The translations under genes were made by a program, and so were the position numbers. Positions 53,071 through 64,000 of a stretch of DNA of 64,000 nt are shown here, in pieces (the stretch's first letter is position 1; each line of letters opens with the position of its first letter). The stretch is from Malacoraja senta (Eukaryota), in assembly GCA_038087875.1 (NCBI GenBank), contig CM075997.1:7938001-8002000 (forward strand), read 5' to 3'. The notes under the pieces were generated by a model. It did not search any database, was not told the DNA's origin, and was given only the letters and a program-made list of their open reading frames with translations.

Positions 53071-53738
53071 CTACAACAAGAAGAGGGGCAATCTTACACG
53101 GTGACACATCCGGTGACAGTGCCTTTTTCACAAGACTTAACCGCTGCATTGAGTCATAGAGACCAGGGCATCAAATGAACAGGCAGCATTTAGTAACAGG
53201 AAGTACAATTCCCTCTTAATCCTTCTTCCAAAGCTCCGGTTGATGGGTAGGGCCCCCACACTTGCAGCTTGTACCTTGATACAACTACTGAGCATATTTC
53301 CCATAAAGAAGGTAATATCTTGCTGGTGTAACTCTGCGGGTAAGGTAGCATGTGTGAAGAACATGGATAGGTGAGATTCCGATTGGGATCCTTCTATAGT
53401 AGTTCCCGTAAAGAAGGTCCAAAGTGCTGGAGTAACTCAGCTGGTCAGGCAACAAGTGTGGGGAGCATGGATAGGTGACAGTCGGGTCAGCATCCTTCTA
53501 CCGCAGTTTCCATGTCAGGGGTTCTGTCCAAGCTACACAAAGTTAAGCAGCTTAGATGATGAACAGAAGAAAGATCACAGAACGCACAACCTTGAATGAA
53601 ATGGAGTAGAAGGCTGAAGATTGGACCATTAACACCGGCTGATGCAAAAGCACGAGGAACAAGGAACAAAACAAATGGATCCGAACATCTTTTCACTGGA
53701 AAAATCAGGATGATGGCTTTGGCTGAAGTAAGACTCAC

Positions 53739-53829
53739 CTTCCAATGGGGTTCAAACTCCTCGGCCAGCTTCTTCATTGGGTGGTCATAATCCAGGAACA
53801 TCTGCCCAAGCCTCGAATAACTGGAGTCA
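53739..53829 (-). CDS. NCKAP1L: NCKAP1L coding exon, approx. exon 6 (91 nt)
   Basis: cag/...gtgagt; (S)DSSYSRLGQMFLDYDHPMKKLAEEFEPHWK. Confidence 0.95.
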
Positions 53830-53909
53830 CTGATGGAAGGAAGGTAAACCAACATTGAAATGGCACACAAGGGATTTATTTCAATGAGAGCATGGTGGTG
53901 TGGGTGAGA

Positions 53910-54395
53910 TAACGTGGGGGGTCGTGGGAGAGGGGAGAGACAGCGAACGTGGGGGGGGGAGGGAATGTGGGGGAGGTGTAGAATGTTGGACGTGGGTGGG
54001 AGGATGTGGGGGATGGAGATAACTTGTGTGGGAAAGAGAATGTGGGTGGGGAGGGTGAGAATGCGAGGGGTACGGGAGAGGGAAAGAATGTGGGGGATGA
54101 GGGGAGGGTGGGGGGAAGGAGAGAACGTGGGTGAAAACTTGAGGGATGGGGAGGGGCGGGAACAGGGCCAGGGAGGGAGGGGAAAGGAGGGCAGAAGGTG
54201 GAGTGCATGGGGAGGGGCGAAGGGAGAGAGCATGGGGATGGAGGGGTGGGATGGCAGAGGAAAGGGCAGGGGGTGAAGGGAGTAAGGGGAAAGGAGCGCG
54301 GGGGCATGGAGCAGGGGGAGATTGAGGGGAAGAGGGACGGATTGGGAAGAAGTGAGTATGGGAGGGGGAGGGAGTGGGGGGAAGGAGGGAGGGGG
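53910..54395. repeat. G/A-rich low-complexity tract occupying most of the intron between exons 5 and 6
   Basis: Dense GGGG runs with a degenerate gaatgtgggg unit. Confidence 0.9.
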
Positions 54396-54437
54396 GCTGT
54401 TTTCTCTGCTCCTTCATAGTGCCTCTTATTGCCTTAC

Positions 54438-54580
54438 CTGGTACCATTGGACATTTCATAGGCGACGTTGTACAGACCAAGCAGAACCTTGCGATCCTCG
54501 ATGCGAGCCAGCAAGAGGACCAGGGAGATGTAGGTGGTGACCAGTTCCAAGTAACCCCTGGTCAGGTCGTAGTTTACATT
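54438..54580 (-). CDS. NCKAP1L: NCKAP1L coding exon, approx. exon 5 (143 nt)
   Basis: cag/...gtaagg; NVNYDLTRGYLELVTTYISLVLLLARIEDRKVLLGLYNVAYEMSNGT; phase fits neighbours. Confidence 0.95.
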
Positions 54581-54687
54581 CTGCAAGTATAGCAATGGTT
54601 GCGCTGATTTAGTCATTGTCTCTCCCGCATCTTCCCTTCTACTTTGCTGCTGCCTACTGCACCATGTGTGGCCTTGTTTCCCTTGCT

Positions 54688-55250
54688 CAGCCAATCTTCC
54701 CTGTCCCGCCTGCAACTGGTCCAAAACACCGCAGCGAGACTCCTGACGGGCACCCGAAAAAGGGACCACATCACCCCGATCCTGGCCTCTCTCCACTGGC
54801 TCCCTGTGTGGTTCCGTATAAATTTCAAGATCCTCCTCTATGTCTACAAAGCCCTCAATGGGCTTGCCCCCACCTACATTAAAAGTCTTCTCACCCACCA
54901 CACCACCTCCAGGTCCCTCAGATCGGCCGACTTGGGGTTACTGAACATCCCGCCGTCTAGGCATAAGCTCAGGGGCGACCGCGCCTTTGCGGTTGCAGCT
55001 CCTAGACTGTGGAACAGCATCCCCCTTCCCATCAGAACTGCCCCTTCCATCGACTCCTTTAAGTCAAGACAAAAAAATTATCTATACTGCCAAGCCTTTC
55101 TTGACGTCCTCTGAGCGAGGGCTATATGTATATATGTATGTAGTTTGTTTGTTTATACTATTCTTATAATAAATGTAAAGCACTTTGGCCAACAAGAGTT
55201 GTTTTTTAAATGTGCTATATAAATAGATGTGACTTAACTTGACTTGACTT
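54688..55250 (+). mobile_element. L2 LINE 3' fragment
   Basis: Near-identical to 25305-25860; (GACTT)n tail. Confidence 0.9.
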
Positions 55251-55432
55251 GCAGATGGCAACGGTACGGGTAATATCAAACTACAACCATTGCAGAGCTT
55301 AGGGGGATTTGAGGAGTGGTACAACCTGGCCACAAGGGATGTGTGCTCAAGCCGTCCCTCATGCCCATCCAACTGCCCACCCATACACCCCTGTCCGCCC
55401 GCATCTTGTCCCCGTTCTGCATAAATACTTAC

Positions 55433-55489
55433 AATATCCAGGTACATTTGGCAGGAGTCCATTGTATTCAGTAATTCATAGATATTGTC
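55433..55489 (-). CDS. NCKAP1L: NCKAP1L (Hem-1) coding exon, approx. exon 4 (57 nt)
   Basis: ttttgcag/GAC...ATT/gtaagt; encodes DNIYELLNTMDSCQMYLDI, similar to Hem-family DHVYELLNTIDACQCHFDI. Confidence 0.93.
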
Positions 55490-55532
55490 CTGCAAAACAC
55501 AAACAAAGGAACCTCAAGTAGAAATCAGAAGG

Positions 55533-58034
55533 ATCTTGAAGACCCAGGTTCATATAGAGCAATAGCTCTCTTAAATACTGATCAGAAAATATTAACTAAA
55601 ATCCTATCTCATAGATTGAATTTAGTGATTAACAAATTAATACACTCTGACCAAACAGGTTTTATTCCAAAACGTTACTCATTTTATAATCTGAGACGAC
55701 TATTAAATATTATATACTCAAATAGAATAGCTAATGCAGATTTAGCAGTTATTTTGTTAGATGCTGAAAAAGCATTTGATCAGGTAGAATGGTCATATTT
55801 ATTTTCGGTGATGGAACATTTTCAATTGGGAGAGAAGTACTGCACATGGGGTAAACTTTTATATTCAAACCCAACAGCTAGAATATTAACAAACCAAATG
55901 TTATCAACTAAATTCAACCTTTTTAGAGGTTGTAGACAAGGATGCCCGCTATCCCCATTATTATTCGCTCTTGCAATTGAACCATTAGCAGAAAGTGTTA
56001 GAGCCCACCCTGAAATATACGGGTATAATACTAAAGACACAATGAATAAAATCTCTTTATATGCAGATGATGTATTAATATATATTACAAAGCCAGAAAC
56101 TAGCATTCCAAACCTATTAAATTTAATAACTCAATTTGGTCAGTTTTCGTGATATAGAATTAATTGGAATAAAAGCGAAATCATGCCAATAACGGAACTC
56201 AATTTACATACACTACAACAATTTCCTTTTAAAATAGTTAAGGAAAAATGTAAATATTTGGGAATTTATGTAACTAAGACATATACTTTTTTATTTAAAT
56301 TAAACTTCCCACCTTTACTGAATAAACTACATAAGAATATTCAGTATTGGAAAACACTTCCCATTTTAATGTTTGATAGAATTAATGCTATAAAAATGAT
56401 TTTTTTTTTACCGCAATTACTGTACCTATTTCAATCAATTCCGACATATATCACAAAATTATATATTTTTTAAGTCGATTCTATTGTTACAAGTTTCATC
56501 TAGGATTATAAGAATCATAGAATAAGAAAAAAACATTTATGTAAATCAAAGATAAATGGAGGTTTAGCTTTGCAACATTGTTTGTTTTATTTTTGGGCAG
56601 TCCATATTAAAAACATGAATTTCTGGCTGGAAGAAATGGATGAGCAACCAGATTGGCTAAGGATGGAAAAGGAAGACTGTTTGCCTTTTGAAATTGGTGC
56701 GATTATGTTTGCTCCCACAAAATTGCACAAAAAAACCTATAGGGAAAACCCTATAATACCTAGTGGTATACGAATCGGGAAACAATTCAAAAAGGCTTTA
56801 AAATTGGATAATATATCACTTTATTTTCCCATTGTAAACAATCCTTTATTTAAACCTCCATATTGGATAAAGGTTTCACACAATGGAAAAATTATGGAAT
56901 TAAAAAGATGGGACATCTTTATAGGAAAGGCACTTTTCTTTCATTTCAGGAGTTACAACAGATCTACGGACTACACTCAAATAATTTTTTCAGATATCTA
57001 CAACTTAGAGATTATGTTAAATCTAATACACAAAATTATAGGACTAGGGAACCAGAAATCCTTGACGAATGTTTGAATAAACATCCTAATACAGAAAAAT
57101 TAATAACATATTTATAACACCCTCTTAGATAATGAGGTCCCATCGATGGAATCATATAGACACACATGGGAAAATGAATTAGGCCAACCAATAACAAAAG
57201 ATATTTGGGACAAAGTCTACAATATATACATCAATGCTCGTTAAATGCCAGACATGCTTTAATACAATTTAAAGTATTACACAGATAACATTATTCTAAA
57301 GCAAAACTAAATAGAATGTTCCCACATATCTCTCCTATTTGTGATAAATGTCAGCATCTAGAGGCTAACTTAACACATACTTTTGCAAATTGTATAAAAA
57401 TTAAAAATTTCTGGATTGATATTTTTAGAATAATTTCTGAAGTTGTTAATACTCAATTGGATCCCGACTCAAAACTAATAATACTTGGAATATCAGAACA
57501 AAGTCTAACACTCACAACAAGCCAAATAAACTTCCTAGACTACAGTATAATAACTGGGAAAAAATTTATATTGAAATTTTGGAAAGGTCCTATAACCCCC
57601 ACAATTAAAATGTGGATTATGGAAATGTCGGAGACCCTACACCTGGAAAGAATCAGACTTGTCTTAATGGACAAACAAGAACTTTTTGTTAGAATATGGT
57701 CTCCATTCGTTGACTATTTGAAGGGGTAGATCGGTTCGGCACGGGAACCTAACTGAAGCTTGAATTTAGGATTAGATAAAAAGTTATACTTTATAACCTA
57801 CGAACCTATCTCCAATGATGTATTATTAGTAAATTATTCCACTCTTTTTTTTTTATCTTGACATTTGTGGGGCTTTTTCTTCTCTCTTTCTTTCTCACTT
57901 TCTATCTATAAAAAAAAACCTAGAAGCAGAATCAATCCACAATTGATAATATTAATAATGTATGATTGATATACATGAAATGTTTTTACCATAATATGTC
58001 TTTGCTTCTAGTAAAAATATTATTTAAAAAAAAA
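55533..58034 (+). mobile_element. 5'-truncated L1/Tx1-clade LINE (RT, CCHC knuckle, poly-A) with 13-bp TSD
   Basis: DAEKAFD, RQGCPLSP, LYADD, CDKCQHLEANLTHTFANC; agaaatcagaagg at 55520-55532 and 58035-58047. Confidence 0.93.
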
Positions 58035-58674
58035 AGAAATCAGAAGGCAGGACCAAGAGCTGGGCGTTCTAGAAAAGATCCACAACTTGTCATCAATGCA
58101 GCAATGTTTAATAACAAGTATGAATGTTTCCAAGGACCAGTGAAGACCACTGGTTTCAAAGATCAATGAGGGCATGTTGAGTTCCTTAATATTAAACCAT
58201 TAAACAAAGATGAAAGATCCAACATCAAATACAGGAACAATTAGCTCTCAGCTTAGTTTCCCAGGTGCAGAAATAAAGTGAATAGCATTTTAGCCAATTG
58301 TGCTGTGAATCATACCACATCGAGCGCAGCTCCTGGGTCGTGCTACTCGAAGGAACTAGGATAAATCCCTACCCTGCACACACTCCCCTGCCCATCTTCC
58401 ACTGCCTACTCCCCCCTGCCCATCCTCCACTACCTACTCTGCGCTGCCCACCCTCCCCTGCCCACTGTACCCAAACCACCTTTCCCTTGCTCACACTCCC
58501 CTGCCAACGTAACCTGCCCACCCTCCCCCTGCCCACTCTTCCCTCCCCACCCACCCCTTATCACCCTCTCCATGCCCACCCACCTCCTGCCTACTCTCTC
58601 CCCCGCACCCTCCCCATGCCACTATTCATTTGCCTATCAAAAAACTCCCCTCGCCTATTACCCGCCTCGCTATT

Positions 58675-59247
58675 ACATAGAAACATAGAAAATAGGTGCA
58701 GGAGGAGGCCATTCGGCCCTTCAACCCAGCACCACCATTCATTGTGATCATGGCTGATTGTCCCATATCAATATCCCGTCCTGCCTTCTCCCCATATCCC
58801 TTGATTCCACTAGCCCCTAGAGCTCTATCTAACTCTCTCTTAAATCTACAACTCTCTGGGTGAAAACGTTTTTTCTCACCTCAGTCTTAAATGGCCTCCC
58901 CTTTATTCTAAGACTGTGGCCTCTGGTTCTGGACTCGCCCAACATTGGGAACATTTTTCCTGCATCTAGCTTGTCCAGTCCTTTTATAATTTTATATGTT
59001 TCTATAAGATTACCCTCATCCTTCTAAACTCCAGTGAATACAAGCCTAGTCTTTTCAATCTTTTGTCATATGACAGTCCCGCCATCCCATCAATCTCGTG
59101 AACCTACGCTGCACTGCCTCAATCACAAGGAAGTCCTTCTTCAAATTAGGAGACCAAAACTGTACACAATACTCCAGATGTGGTCTTACCAGAGCTCTAT
59201 ACAACTGCAGAAGAACCTCTTTACTCCTATACTGAAATCCTCTTATT
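58675..59247 (-). mobile_element. CR1 3' fragment
   Basis: [11 protein letters not shown]; catagaaa tail. Confidence 0.88.
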
Positions 59248-59604
59248 AACCCCCCCTTCCCCCCCCCCCCCACCCGAATCCTCACCTATCCACTTTTCGC
59301 AAAGATGCTGCCCGACCTGCTGAATTACTCCAGCACATTGTTATTTCTTCAAAGCAAACTAGAATTTTCTCCACAAACTACTGACAGTGCCCCTCTTTCA
59401 CAATTTTGCTCCTTCCCTTCTCTAACTGCTCTGGTTAAAACCAAACAGTGTGAATCGCGGAGTTGTAGCAGTCACAGTGCCAGGACCTGCTCTGTACTGA
59501 TGGCTGTTTATTGAAGCATCCTCTCCAACGAGAGCTCCTGAAGGTTACTGGTTTGAAGTTGTCGCCATCACTGGGTGACCTGGGGCGTCACCTCCCTTTT
59601 ATTG

Positions 59605-59785
59605 CAGACGTGTGGTGGTACTAGATGTGTGGGTGCCAAACGTGGTGGTGTCAGACGTGTGAGTGCCCGCCGTGTGATAGTGTCAGATGTGTGGTGGAGT
59701 CAGACACGTGAGTGGCAGATGGGTGGTGGTGCCAGACATGTGGTGCCAGACATGTGGTGGTGCCAGACTTGTGAGTGCCAGACTG
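59605..59785. repeat. Degenerate (GTGGTGCCAGAC)-type minisatellite, second array at about 60960-61076
   Basis: Direct observation. Confidence 0.85.
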
Positions 59786-60351
59786 GCTGGTTCAAGGTGG
59801 GTTGGACCTCCAGCGACCTGGAAACCTCCACACGGTCACCAGCGGCTAAGTTGAGGCTGCACCTAACTTGGATCATATACCACTGCTCCCCCCACCCTCC
59901 CCTCTCAAAATATTCCCCCTTGTCACTGATCCTCCGCCCCTCATAAGTAACCCCCCTGCCTGCCCACCCCCGTTGACTCCCCACTCACCTCACTCCCCCC
60001 TCACTGCGACTCCCCCTTGACTGCCTCTCTCCCCGTCACTCCTCCCCCTCAATGCCTCTTTCCCCTCACTATTCCACCACACTGCCTGTCCCCCCATCAC
60101 TCCCCTCCCCGCCATCTCAGCCACTCACTCCCCTCATTGTCTCTCCCCCCCCCCACTTCCCCTCAGTGCCTCTCACCCCCCTCACTGCCTCTCTCCCCCC
60201 GCACTTCCCCTCCCCCCATGACTGCCACTTCCCCCCCCTCACTGCCCCTGCCCACCATGTCGGAAATCTCTGGTCCTCTCCTTTTGAGTAGTCGTGCCTC
60301 CAGCACCCAGGCCCTGAACATAGATGACACAAACTGTGTAATCTGAAGACT

Positions 60352-60353
<2 letters not shown>

Positions 60354-60382
<29 letters not shown>
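60354..60382. repeat. (CA)n microsatellite
   Basis: Direct observation. Confidence 0.95.
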
Positions 60383-60385
<3 letters not shown>

Positions 60386-61076
60386 ACAGAAGAACATGCA
60401 AACTCCACACTGCACTGGCCTTGTAATTCCACACTGCAACTCAAACCTGTCTCACACCTTCCTTTCTTATATCTGGTCTTTTATTCTATTCATTTGCCTA
60501 TCAGAAACTCCCCTTGCCTATTACCTGCCAAGCTTTGTCCTGCTTCTCCCCTTTCCCATCTTTCTTTCCCACATCACATTCTGTCTGAAGAAGAGTCATG
60601 ACCCAAAACTTCACCTATCCATGCTCCCCAGAGATGCTGCCTGACCTGCTGAATTACTCTTGTACTTTGTTTCCTTTTGTGTGTTAAACAGCATCTGCAA
60701 TTCATTATTTCTACGATGGAAACTCTAGAATTTGCTCCACAAACACCCTGATACTGGCCCTCTTTCTCACATTTGCTCCTCTCCTTCTATAACTGGAACA
60801 CTGTGATATTGCTGAGTTGTAGCAGTCTCAGTGCCTGGACCTGATTTGTACTGACGGCTGTTTATTGAAGCATCTTCTCCTGATGAGAGCTCCTGAAGGT
60901 TACTGCTTTGAACGTGTCTCTACCACTAGGTGACCTGTGGAATCACCTGCATTTTATTGCAGACGTGTAGTGGTGCCATATGTGTGATGGTGCCAGACAT
61001 GGTGCTGCCAGACGCGCATGGTGGTGACAGATGCGTAGTGGTGCCAGATGGTGGTGCCAGATATGGTGTGGTAGAC

Positions 61077-61620
61077 ATATAGAAACATAGAACATAGCAA
61101 CATAGAAAATAGGTGCAGGAGGAGGCCATTCGGCCCTTCGAGCCAGCACCGCCATTCATTGTGATCATGGCTGATCGTCCCTATCAATAACCCGTGCCTG
61201 CCTTCTCCCATATCCCTTTACTCACTAGCCCCTAGAGCTCTATCTAACTCTTAAATCCATCCAGTGATTTGGCCTCCATGCCCTCTGTGGCAGGGAATTC
61301 CATAAATTCACAACTCTGGTGAAAAAGTTTGTTCTCACCTCAGTCTTAAATGACCTCCTTTTTATTCTAAGGCTGTGGCCCCTGGTTCTGGACTTGCCCA
61401 ACATTGGGAACATTTTTCCTGCATCTAGCTTGTCCAGTCCTTTATAATATATGTTTCTATAAGATCCCCCTCATCCTTCTAAACTCCAGTGAATACAAAC
61501 CTAGTCTTTTCAATCTTTCCTCATATGACAGTCCCACCATCCCAGGGATCAATCTCGTGAACCTATGCTGCATTGCTTCAAGCACAAGGATGTCCTTCCT
61601 CAAATTAGGAGACCAAAACT
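61077..61620 (-). mobile_element. CR1 3' fragment
   Basis: Same subfamily as 58675-59247 and 46735-47340. Confidence 0.88.
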
Positions 61621-61734
61621 CATGGTGGTTCCAGATATTGTGGGCAGGACCTTCAGCAGCCTGGTGATCTCACACACAGACACCAGCGGCCAACCTGAGG
61701 AAGCGCATGGCTCTGATCAGACAGCACTGCTCTT

Positions 61735-61850
61735 CCCCAGTGGGGGTGTACTGTGCCCAGTGTGTGTGTGTACTGTGCCCAGTGGGGATGTACTGAGCCC
61801 AGTGAGGGTGTACTCTGCCCAGTGGGGGTCCATCTGTGCCCAGTGGGAGG
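61735..61850. repeat. Minisatellite with unit of about 20-22 bp (cccagtgggggtgtactgtg)
   Basis: About five degenerate copies. Confidence 0.8.
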
Positions 61851-62021
61851 GCACACTGATCTCTCTGAATGCCCACACCCACTTGGCACAGATGCATGGT
61901 GCTCAGTCAGTCACACACTGCACGCACACCACGATCACACCAGCCACACCCTTCCTGAAACACTCGTAATGTTCATCTTTAGAATTAGCTTCTGAGTTCC
62001 CCATTGCGTTGCTGAACTTAC

Positions 62022-62090
62022 TCTCTGCCACTTGTTTCCTCTCAGTGCAGCTGCGTACTTCCTGTTTGCTGCAGCATTCACGTCACATTT
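62022..62090 (-). promoter_or_regulatory. Candidate ETS/CRE motif cluster (possible internal promoter or enhancer)
   Basis: TGACGTGA (62078-62085), ACAGGAAGT (62057-62065), CAGCTG (62048-62053), GAGGAAA (62035-62041) in non-repeat DNA; motif evidence only. Confidence 0.3.
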
Positions 62091-62739
62091 CAACCTTCAC
62101 GGTCGAGAACTTCCATAACCTCCCCATAATGCAGAGGGTGGGGGGGGGAATAGGGATCCAGCTGCCAGAGGGGGTCATTCAGGCTGGTGCAACCTGCCCA
62201 CACCGGCCAACATGCTACAGTTACACTAGCCCTACCCGCAATTGGACCAAATCCCTCCAAATCTGTCCTATCTATGTACCTGTCTAACAGTTTCTCAAAT
62301 GTTGGGATAGTCCCCGTCCTCAACTTCCTCCTCTGACAGTTCGTTTCATACACCCGCCACCCACATTCTGAAAAAGTTACCTCTCAGACTCCTATTAAAT
62401 CTTAACCTTAAACATATGTAGTCTGGTCCTTGATTCACCTACTGTGGACAAGATTCTCAGCGCATCTACCTAATCTATTCCTCTTATGATTTTATACACC
62501 TCTATAAGATCCTTGCAGGAAAGTTACCCTGAGGTGGGGGTCGGGATCGGGGGTAGGAGTGGGGGTCAGGGCTGGGGAGAGGGGTGCTGATCGGGGGAGG
62601 GGTGGAGCCCAGCTCTGGTAGTGCTGCAGGCAGCGGCTGTGTGACTGTGCTGAGGCAGGTGGAAAATGAGGCTTTGGGCCTGGAATGGAGGAGTTGAGAA
62701 GGTCGGGCTGTGGGGCGTGTATATCAGCAGGGGTGGTGG

Positions 62740-63500
62740 TGACTGTACAGCGAGGTAAATGGGTGATGGAATGACTCGAGTCCGTAGAAGACAGAGTGGT
62801 TGGAGAGAGGGAATACGGAAAGGGGTGGTGTTGGGATTACATTGAAGATTGTGGAAATGCCCATGGATGATGTGTTGGATGTGGAGGCTCGTAGGGTGAA
62901 AGTTGTGGACCCAGGGAACTATATTCTGGTGTTTGGGTGGAGTGGGGGAGTGAGACAGACTTACGGGATACAGAGGAGGTACGGTGAGATGACAACCAGG
63001 GGTTAACCACATTTACAAAAGAAAGAGGACATCTCAGATGTCTTCTTTCTACAGGAACCAATTCCTGCACAACTTTCACCTGCAACTGGAGGAGATGTAA
63101 CCAACCCCTGCCCCTATACCTCCTCCCTCACCTCCATCCATGGACCCCAGCAGTCAGTCATGTGAGACAGAGGTTCAAGTGCACCTCCTCTAACTTCAGG
63201 TATTTGGTGTTCGTGATCTGGCCTTGTTAGCATGGGCAAGACCAAATGTAAACTCGGCTACTGGTTTGCTGAACACATGCGCTCGGTCCAGCAAGGCATA
63301 CAGGATCTCCTGATTGCTAACGATTTAAACACACCTTCCCATTCCCGCACTGACCTTCCTGTCCTGGGTCTCCTCCATTGCCAGAGTGAGGCCACATGTA
63401 CACTGGAGGAGCAGCACCTCATATTTTGTTTGAGTAGCTAACAACCCTGCGGGTTGAACGTTGAATGCTCCAGTTTCAAGCAATACCTTCTTCACTTACC
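62740..63500. mobile_element. Penelope-like fragments (GIY-YIG remnant on + at about 63050-63480; upstream piece on -)
   Basis: GKTKCKLGYWFAEHMRSV...LEEQHLIFCL, homologous to 37496-37650. Confidence 0.65.
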
Positions 63501-64000
63501 CCTGCCTTCCCCCACTCTAGTGTGCACAGATCTCTCACACCATTACCATCATCCAGGTTGTTTCCCCTCTGTACACTCAACTTTCATCCCTGCAACCACC
63601 CACCACCCCCCCCCCTTTCATTCTACCCTTGTCCCCTTTGCCCTGTCCATTTCCACCTATATCACCCACCTCCACCCTCCATCTATTTACAGTGGAGCAG
63701 GGTTAGAGATGCTCCTTACAGCGCCAGAGACCCGGGTTTGATCCTGTTCGCTAGTGCTGTCTGTACGCAAGTTTGGACAATCGTCCTATGAACACGGTGG
63801 TTTTCTTTGGGTGCTCCAGTTTCCACCCATTCCAAAGACTTGTTTGTAGGCTAATTGGCTTTGGGAAAATTGTAAATTGTCCCTCGTGTCTGTAGATAGC
63901 ATTAATGTGCAGGGTAGACAAAAATGCTTGACAAACTCAGCAGGTGCAGCAGCATCTACGGAGCGAAGGAAATAGGCAACGATTCGGGCCAAAACTCTTC

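Noticed and set aside
53487..54540. Long Pro/Ser/His-rich and Gly/Arg-rich ORFs
   Set aside because: By-products of a low-complexity G-rich intron; only the embedded exon 5 and exon 6 portions are coding
4672..55489. Assignment to NCKAP1 (Hem-2) or a pseudogene
   Set aside because: Motifs [20 protein letters not shown] and GLRLDW fit NCKAP1L as I recall it; all 12 exons have intact splice sites and an open frame
58316..58356. Additional 40-nt AG/GT-bounded cryptic exon
   Set aside because: Length is not a multiple of three, there is no Hem-family similarity and the polypyrimidine tract is weak

Overview
Vertebrate genomic DNA, most likely a cartilaginous fish such as a skate or ray (inferred from the tRNA-derived SINE and CR1/L2/Penelope repeat content, not proven). 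The minus strand carries 12 internal coding exons of NCKAP1L (Hem-1, haematopoietic WAVE-complex subunit), equivalent to exons 4-15 by recalled human numbering. All have AG/GT boundaries and splice into an open 1173-nt (391-codon) frame; exons 1-3 and 16 onward were not found in the window. Introns are mostly retroelements: young and old CR1 LINEs (two retaining esterase ORF1), L2, L1/Tx1-like fragments, a decayed chromodomain Gypsy element, Penelope fragments, SINEs and palindromic MITE-like repeats. Most notable: (1) a canonical U_UUA_AAC -1 frameshift heptamer at the CR1 ORF1/ORF2 junction in two copies; (2) a possible internal ETS-type promoter with cryptic exons upstream of exon 4; (3) inverted repeats bracketing particular exons; (4) a 61-bp target-site duplication and nested insertions. 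Exon coordinates were counted base by base; repeat boundaries are approximate.
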